Assembly: GCA_030770535.1 (NCBI GenBank)
Contig: JASVEC010000138.1
Span: forward strand, 1 to 43,830
Source of the DNA: Batkoa obscura
Taxonomy: Eukaryota
Length of the DNA: 43,830 nt
Direction of reading: 5' to 3'
Notes under the pieces: model-generated
Databases searched by the model: none
Told to the model about the DNA's origin: nothing
Seen by the model: only the letters and a program-made list of their open reading frames with translations
Position numbers and translations under genes: made by a program
In this document: positions 36,109 through 43,830 of the stretch, one piece after another
How positions within the stretch are numbered: position 1 is the first letter of the stretch
Layout: every line of letters starts with the position of its first letter

Positions 36109-38356
36109 TTAATCTAATTTAATTAAACATTGTTGATTAAATTTAATTTTCCTCTTAAATAATATTTCAGGAAAATAAAATGCTCTTCGCCAAGAAGGAA
36201 GAGAGGACTTGTCTAATATAAATTCACAATGAAGTATTTGATTTTGATTATAATTTATAGTATAATTATTACTATCTGAAATAGAATAATTAACTTCATT
36301 ATTATTTTGAACATTATCAAAAGATAAACTAGCAATTATAAAATTACATTTAGTAATTGGAATCTAGAAATGTCAATTATATTAGTATTTATATATAAAA
36401 ATGGATTCAATAAATAAATAAACTTACAAATCGATCTTTAATTAATTGATTTTTATTATTATTATTATTTAAAATTATTGATGTTGATTGATACCAATAT
36501 TTTGAATTCTTTAAATAAGGTTGTGGTAATAAACCATTAAAATTTTGATGAATGAATTTTAGTTGAACATTTGATTGAAGAAAGTATGTAGATGGATATT
36601 TATACCATTCATCTCCTAAGCATAAAATAACTTCATTGCTATTGTTATTATTATTATTATTATTATTAAATTGATTAATATTTTTATATAATTTAATATC
36701 TCCATAGTAATACTTAAATTGACCATAACTTCGACTAAAACTTAATATAATATAAATTAAAAACATAATATAAATACTCCATTTATATAATTTGATTAGT
36801 CCTTGTTGTACAATCTATAAAAAATAAAAAACATTATTATAGAATAACAATAATAATAATAATAAATCACCTTATTATTCTTAATGAAATCAATATCAAT
36901 AATCTGAATTATTATAGATTTATAATAAATTAAAGTTATTGCTGCATTAACTAAAATAATTGGATAAATGGGATATAAAAATCGTTCTTCTTTATGAGGT
37001 TGAAAAGAAAAGATCAATAACCACCAATAAAATGGTATTAACTTGAAAACTATTTTTAAATTAATATTCTTTTGTATTATCATTGATAATAACTAAATAA
37101 AGTAAAATAAGTTATAAATTAATTAGTATATTATTATTATTATTAAAAACTTACTCCAATAAATAAACTCATTATAGCCAATACAAAACCAATATTAAAA
37201 TTTAATATACCATTAATTAAATAATAGTACCATTCTTCAACTCCAAAAATATCCGGCCCAGCTTCTTTATTAGCTGCTAATACATTATAAAATACAATAT
37301 TAAATGGTACGATTATTAATTTTTGATAAAAATAACTATCAACTAATAATAAGGGAATCTATAATAAAATAAATAAATTACATTATTATATTTATAAAAA
37401 TATAATAAAAATTAACGAACTTACCCCAACCGCCAAAGTAATCCTCACACTGTATTTAACAACTTTAAATATACCATTCACAATGTCATAATTATTCTGG
37501 ATCAACAACCATTCCAAGACATAAGGGATACCAATAGCAGCTGAAAACGGCCAACCCCACAAAGCACCAACAGCTAATAATATTAAATTTATTATCAATT
37601 TATTATTAGATTGATATTGATTGAAACTAAAACTAAAATATAAAGTAGTAGTTAACATAGCAAAAGTAGAGGGTAAAAAGGCTATTTAATGAGTGAGGAG
37701 AGGAAAGGGAGGGAAAAAAGAGAGAAATAATTAATATTGTTTTTTAAAAGAAAGTTAACAAATAAATAAAATTACCTATCGCCCCATGTTGCATACCTGA
37801 ATTAAATATTAAGAATAAATACACATAATTAGATAATTCAATAGAATGATATAGTTTTATATTATGAATTAAAAAGATTTCACAACAAGATGATAATATA
37901 GCAAAAATGGACTTTAAAAAGTAAAATAATAATATCTAATTTGAATTAATAAAAACCTCAATTAAAAAAAACTTTTATATAAAAAACAATTTAATTAATT
38001 AAATCAATAATGTTTACCTTATTCTTTGTAAATAATTGAATCATTCTCAATGGTATGTAATGTAATAATAAATAAGCATATGATCTTAATCCATATTCTG
38101 GTGAATATTCCCATGTTTGAAGACCTGAATTGAATTGTAAGAAATGTAATGGTTCCCAATAATTATAAACTTCATCACAATCTTGTATTGTGGAATAAAA
38201 TACAGAAGTAACTCTAACAAATAACAATATTAAGAATAAAGGTAGTAATGATATTGGAGTTGAAAATAGAGTGTTGAGATTGAAAGAATGATTGAGTTTT
38301 GAAGGATTTTGTGTTGTAGTTGATAGGACATTAAGTTTTTTTTTACGAATAGACAT
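36109..38356 (-). CDS. ALG9: Alpha-1,2-mannosyltransferase (GT22), 7 exons; introns 37936-38017, 37682-37775, 37359-37424, 37093-37154, 36815-36870, 36364-36427
   Basis: IQDCDEVYNYWEPLH...GLQTWEYSPEYGLRSYAY, AFLPSTFAM, WGWPFSA, QPHKEERFLYPIYP, CLGDEWYKYPSTYFL, FNGLLP. Confidence 0.93.
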
Positions 38357-38476
38357 TGAATATTTTGAAAAAAAGGGAACAAAAAAATATGATGATCCCA
38401 ACTTCAAAATCAAACAAAATTTGCAAAAAAAATCCTAATTTTTTTATATTTTTTAATAACTTTTAAAACTCAATTT

Positions 38477-39969
38477 ATGGAATTCTTATTTAACAAAACA
38501 TATAATCTATATCGAAGTTCACCATTAACTTGTTATTTCACCAATGAATTAGAGACAATATTCACTGCGTCTAATAAGCATCGATTAGAATCTACAATAG
38601 AATCTTTTATTCAATCAAAATTAGAAACTACTATTCCGGTATTTCAAACTTATCTCACTTTAGAGTTACCTTGTTTACAAACCAGTCTATTTAATAGTGT
38701 AAATCTAAGTACAGAACAATTATATGATGGTAGTATTCGACTTGAAGAAATTAAAACATGGTCCAAAAGCTATAGTAATGAACAAGGTAAAGTTTTTTTT
38801 AAATATTTTTGTTTGATTATTTAATCAATATAATATAATGGTTATCTATCATCAAATAAATTTACTTTGAGTAACAATAGAATTAAGAATCATTAAGTTT
38901 TATTATTATTTTTTAGATAAATATCTCCTCCTTTGTGGCTATGATCTACTATTTAAACCCAATAAATTAATCTTAGAAGCAAATAACAATGCCCAACAAC
39001 AAGTGAATACCACATCTAATTTATTCTCAAGTATTTATGAAACTAGTAATAAATCAGGAATTAAAGAAGATACAAATAATGAAAAAGAGATGAAAGTTAA
39101 TATTGTTGTTGTTACTCGATTAACTAAATGTAAGTTATTTTTATTATTTTTATTTTTATCATTTTTATTTTATTTTACTAATTTCATTAAATCTTCTCTT
39201 AATTTTAGCCCAACCTCTTCCTCAATATCATCTCGTCCTAAGCAAAGGTAATACCCACCTTCAATCATTATGTCTTCGGCATCTTGAATCCTCAAACCTT
39301 TGTAGAATCCACCAATTTTCTCTCGCACCTTATCAATTAAATCAAGTGATTCAATTAGTTATGGAAGTTGTATTAAAAGATTTCAATCATTATAATCGAG
39401 ATAAGAAGCTTCTACCTGCCGAATTTAAGTTTGAATTTCCAAACAAGTATTTTAATGAAGGAGAAGGAAAGCAAGGGATTAATTTTGTATCACTGAGTAT
39501 TCCATGGTTGGATTTATCTACCATTTGGAGACAAATGTAAGATATTTTTAGAATTTTTGAAACAAAAGTTTATTTAATTAACTATATTTAATTGAAATTA
39601 ATTCATTTTAATTTTTAATTTTTAGATATTATGAAATTCCAACTTATAAAAAAGAGCCTAAATTAATAAGTCTTGAGTTATTAGAAAGGATAAATTGTCA
39701 TTTTAAAACTTGTATTGGAATTTATTTAAATGATTTAATTATTAATCGTTTTGCTTCCCCTTGTTTTATTATTCAAGCAGTAGGGAAAATTAAGGTAATT
39801 TTAAAATTAATATAATCTATAAGGATATTGAAATATTAATATTAATATTTTTTATTTGTGTTATAATATAGTTAACTAACTTTAACCTTTTTATATTTAG
39901 TTCCTTCCTACCTTCCCTATAAAAGTTTACATTCAATTATTATCATTATTATGTTTATTATCAACATAA
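38477..39969 (+). CDS. Centromere protein L / Fta1-like kinetochore subunit; exons 38477-38786, 38917-39129, 39209-39536, 39626-39794, 39901-39969
   Basis: N-terminal FLFNKTYNLYRSSPL, middle LVLSKGN...LRHLESSNLCRIHQFSL and C-terminal INCHFKTCIGIYL...FASPCFIIQAVGKIKF resemble CENP-L/Fta1. The GT-AG splicing keeps frame. Confidence 0.7.
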
Positions 39970-40069
39970 AAAAGTTAATTCAATTTATTCATCTATCAAA
40001 ATAATTAAAGTTATAAAAAAATATTTTATTTAATAAAAGTTAAACCCAACGCTCATCTTGCTTTCCTAT

Positions 40070-41766
40070 TTAAATTTGATTTGGCGTAAATACTTTTTGA
40101 ATCCCTAACCAAGCTTTATAATAATTATCATCTAAAACTTGACTTTGTTCAACGCCCCATTTAGTAGTACGTAACATATAACTGGATTCGAACATAAATG
40201 CTTGAGTATTATTAGGCATACGTACAGCTTCTAATTTAGCTTGAGTAGCTTTTTCAAACGTAGTAGCATCAGGTCCATGACCGGTAAGGCAATTATGTAA
40301 ACTAAATTAAAAAAATAGAAGTTATGATTAATTAATCTATTATTATAAGGAATCATTAATAAGATAAAATAAATTACCTTGCACCACCTGGACTGAAACC
40401 ATCAGCTTTAGCATCATATTCTCCTTTAATTAAACCCATAAATTCACTCATCACATTACGATGGAAAAAGGGAGGACGGAAAGTATCTTCAGCTACCATC
40501 CAACGTGGCGGAAAGATAACAAAATCAGCTATGGCGGTTCCTGGGGATTCTGATTTACAGGTTAATACTGTGAAAATGGATGGATCCTAAAGGTAAAATA
40601 TTAATTATATTAGTTGATTATGAATGAGATAGGACTATCTTACTGGATGATCAAAACTAACAGTATTAATTGTATTAAAGTTAGCTAAATTATATTTATA
40701 AGGGGCATAATTTCCATGCCATGCTACTACATCAAAGGGGGAATGATCCTAAATTAAAATAAAAATCAATCTTTAATTTCTTTTTATATTGTTATTATTT
40801 ACTTGTTCGCATTTAAATAAAGTCCCCTGGAATTTATTAAAAACTTCCCATTTTTCATCGAGATCTTCATAATGGGCAACTGGAGTTTCAAAATCCCTTG
40901 GATTAGCTAATCCATTGGCACCTAATTATTATAATTAAATTAAATTCTTTTTATTATAATACCAAATTAAAGTTACCAATTGGACCAAGGTCGGGTAATT
41001 CATAATGACGTCCATAAACTTCACAAATATAACCACGACTAATTTAAAGATAAATAAAAACTTAATTAATTATAATATATTTACCTTGGGCCATCAGGAA
41101 GAATGACCTTAAATTTAATACCTCTTTGAATGACACAAATTTCATTGCTACTAACCAACATTTTACCAAATTCAGTTTGAATGTCTAAAGAACCGTGTTG
41201 GGGAACAATTAACATATCACCATCAGCGGAATAAAATGCTTTATTTTTCATATCTTTATTACAAAGATAAACATGAATAGCTAAACCATCTCTAATTACT
41301 GGATCGCCAGCACCACAGACTGTATGCAATCCATCAATAAAATCTAATTCTTCATTTTCAGGTATAATAAATGGTTTCCATCTTAATTGATTAGGAGTAA
41401 TATGTAACTTGGATTCATCTGAAAAAGTACCGACTAATTTTTTGTCTTCTACTTTAACAAAGGGTTTATGGACAGCAGAAGGTTTGATACGATATAACCA
41501 ACTAATAAAGACAAAAGAATTAATTTTCTAGTATTTAAAAAATGAAATGGTTTTTTTATTTTTAACATTTAAAATTGAAATTCTTGATTTTACCTTCTTT
41601 GATTTCCAGCTCTATCTACAGTAAATGCAGTACCTGATAATTGTTCAGCATATAAATTATAAGGGCAATTTTGTGGACTATTTTTTCCTTTAGGTAAAGC
41701 ATCGGGTAATGCTTCACTTACAAAATGGTTACCAAAACCGGGTTGATATTTATAATTGTCACTCAT
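40070..41766 (-). CDS. hmgA: Homogentisate 1,2-dioxygenase, 7 exons
   Basis: [138 protein letters not shown]. Confidence 0.97.
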
Positions 41767-43247
41767 CTTTATTTTTTTGAAAATGGATTTTTTCGTATGT
41801 GATGTACTAAACTTGTCTTTTTATACCCACTTTTTATCTTAGTTTGACGTAAATTGAGATTTCAACCAATCAATTAAAAGAGCCTGAGAATTTGTTCAAA
41901 TACATTAGATTTTTAGAATTTTTTTGATTTTTCAATGGAATTTTGGAAATTTAAGAATACCTGTTTTTTTCTCCCTGACTTAAATTCTAGTAAAACTTTA
42001 GTTAATTTTAAAAAGTCCGGGACTTTAATGATAATATTAATATTAATATTATAACCATGTTATAATAAGATAAAATACAGTGAATTCATACATATATAAA
42101 GGATAATAATAGTAAAGAATATATTATATAATAAAATAGTAATTTTTTAAGCTTTATTTTAAATCTATATTAACTAATAAGATAATCCTTAATTTCAGTT
42201 TTTCAATTTTTTGATTTTTGATTTGAAAACTACTAATCAAGTGACTACAATTTTGAATAAAACTAAACCAATAAGTTAATTTTATTAATAGTTAAATTGC
42301 AGTTGAGTATCTAATTAAAAGAAAGTACATTAAGTGAGATATGTAATAAATAATAAATAATAATTGTATTATAATTGTTATTTTAGCCTTATTCTGATTA
42401 TTTTTATGATATATACTATCATAGATAAAGAAATGAATAATAGATAAAAATAAACATGTTGATTTTGTATTGTATATGAAATGATAATAAATAAATAACA
42501 ACAATAATAATAATGGCAATAATAATAATAGTCAGGGCTGACATTGTTATTACTGTTTTTGTCATTATCATTATTAGCCATATACCGATACATTTAAAAT
42601 TTGTAAAGAGTGTAAAAGGATTCTGGAATAATATATGTTGAAATAGATGCATATATAAATTTTACAATGATGATTACAAATAATCTTAGAAATCAATAAT
42701 TTATTATTGTTGTTATTCGTTTATCTATGTTTAGATGTTTAAAGAACTCGGTTTTATTATTGTCTAATTTGGATGCTACATTCATCATCTTTTACTCTAT
42801 TATTAATATATTGTAATCATACTTGTAAAATTGTTTATAAAAAAAGAGATTTATTTAAATTATACTTTATGTGCTTTAGTTCTTATAACTTGAAGTAATT
42901 CTATTAATATACTGTATGATAACTGATACATAATGAATCTTAGTATATAAACATTGTATTTTTATATCGCTACATTATAACTTTTAATATTGTTAAATCC
43001 TATCAATACTCACATACTTTTTCTAAATATGGTTTAAATTTTTTTACTTTAAGCATTAAAGCCAAAAAAATTAATAAAAATACACTAATTAAGTTTTTTA
43101 GTATATTTTTAATTTTTTAATATAAATAACTATTTTTTAAAACATGAAAATAGATTTACTACAATATATAAATACTTTTAAAAAGTCCCTTAAGTATAAT
43201 TTTAATATGTATTTAGTTTAGTTTAATTATTTTATTTAAGCTTTTTT

Positions 43248-43345
43248 AGTTATGTTTTTTTGGTTTTATCACTTTTTCTATTTTTTGAGTGCTATTCAAG
43301 TGGAAAGATTGTTAGTGAAATTATCAAATAAAAAAATACATCCCC
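43248..43345 (-). mobile_element. MITE family A copy (left tip degenerate)
   Basis: The body and right end AATACATCCCC|ATAT match consensus. Confidence 0.88.
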
Positions 43346-43710
43346 ATATGCTTTAATTTTATTATAATTTTTCAACTTTTTGAACTATTTTTAAATTTTT
43401 TGATAGTTCTTTTAGCTTTTTATTTTTAAAGTCAAAAGGTTTAATAAATTTTAAATAACGTTTTGTTTTTTTATTATAAATAATATTATATATATATCTT
43501 TTGCTAATTATATGACCTATTCATTTTAATTTTTTGTAACAATAATTTAGAAATTTCTTTAAAAAAAACTTTATATTATTTACAATTTTAAGTTCTGCTA
43601 TAATATAATTTATCTATTTACTTTTAATTATTATTATATCTATAAATAAAATGAATCATAATACATGTTATAATTTTATTATCTTATTAATATTATATAT
43701 TCATGTATAC

Positions 43711-43811
43711 TGTGAAATATCGCTTTGTTAGCTCCATGATTGATTATAATCGCTTAATCGCTTAAGTTATGTTCTTGAGTTCAGAGACAATCAATCCCAT
43801 GCTCTTCTTAT
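43711..43811. mobile_element. Terminal part of a second copy of the LTR at 25943-26407 (opposite orientation)
   Basis: Its reverse complement AAGAGCATGGGATTGATTGTCTCTGAACTCAAGAACA...CATGGAGCTAACAAAGCGATATTTCACA matches 26310-26407. Confidence 0.8.
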
Positions 43812-43830
43812 GAGGATGTTTTTTTTGGCT
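43812..43830 (-). mobile_element. MITE family A copy truncated by the window edge, nested in the LTR
   Basis: TTAT|GAGGATGTTTTTTTTGGCT, essentially the same as the start of the 9444 copy. Confidence 0.8.

Noticed and set aside
40070..41766. Tyrosine-degradation gene cluster
   Set aside because: Only hmgA is present. No hppD, fahA or maiA is visible in the window.
42292..42830. Overlapping hydrophobic minus-strand ORFs as a membrane protein
   Set aside because: Low-complexity (ATT/TAT)n sequence is open in several frames with no consistent gene model. At most it is an unidentifiable relic.
2966..43830. The ~97-bp repeats as a CRISPR array or ncRNA gene family
   Set aside because: They are dispersed, in both orientations, irregularly spaced, and have TIRs and TSDs. 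There are no cas genes and the context is eukaryotic.

Overview
Very AT-rich eukaryotic DNA with short GT-AG introns. An early-diverging fungus such as Conidiobolus/Neoconidiobolus fits, but that is inference only. The left end carries two tandem FCP1/NIF-like HAD phosphatase paralogs (both frameshifted as given), a 9-exon PAQR/IZH gene and an RCF2-like HIG1 gene. The right end is a compact conserved block: ALG9, a CENP-L/Fta1-like gene and homogentisate 1,2-dioxygenase. Between them lies a ~30 kb accessory region. It holds an Msn2/Seb1-type C2H2 transcription factor, decayed gene relics and a co-oriented array of 8 intronless small secreted four-Cys beta-rich genes (3 intact, 5 pseudogenes) whose motif pattern resembles actinobacterial secreted proteins. 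The window also has about 20 copies of a ~97-bp MITE with 4-bp AT-only target-site duplications (Sola-like), a solo LTR plus a second partial copy, and a piggyBac-like MITE. All calls come from reading and translating the sequence by eye; no searches were run.
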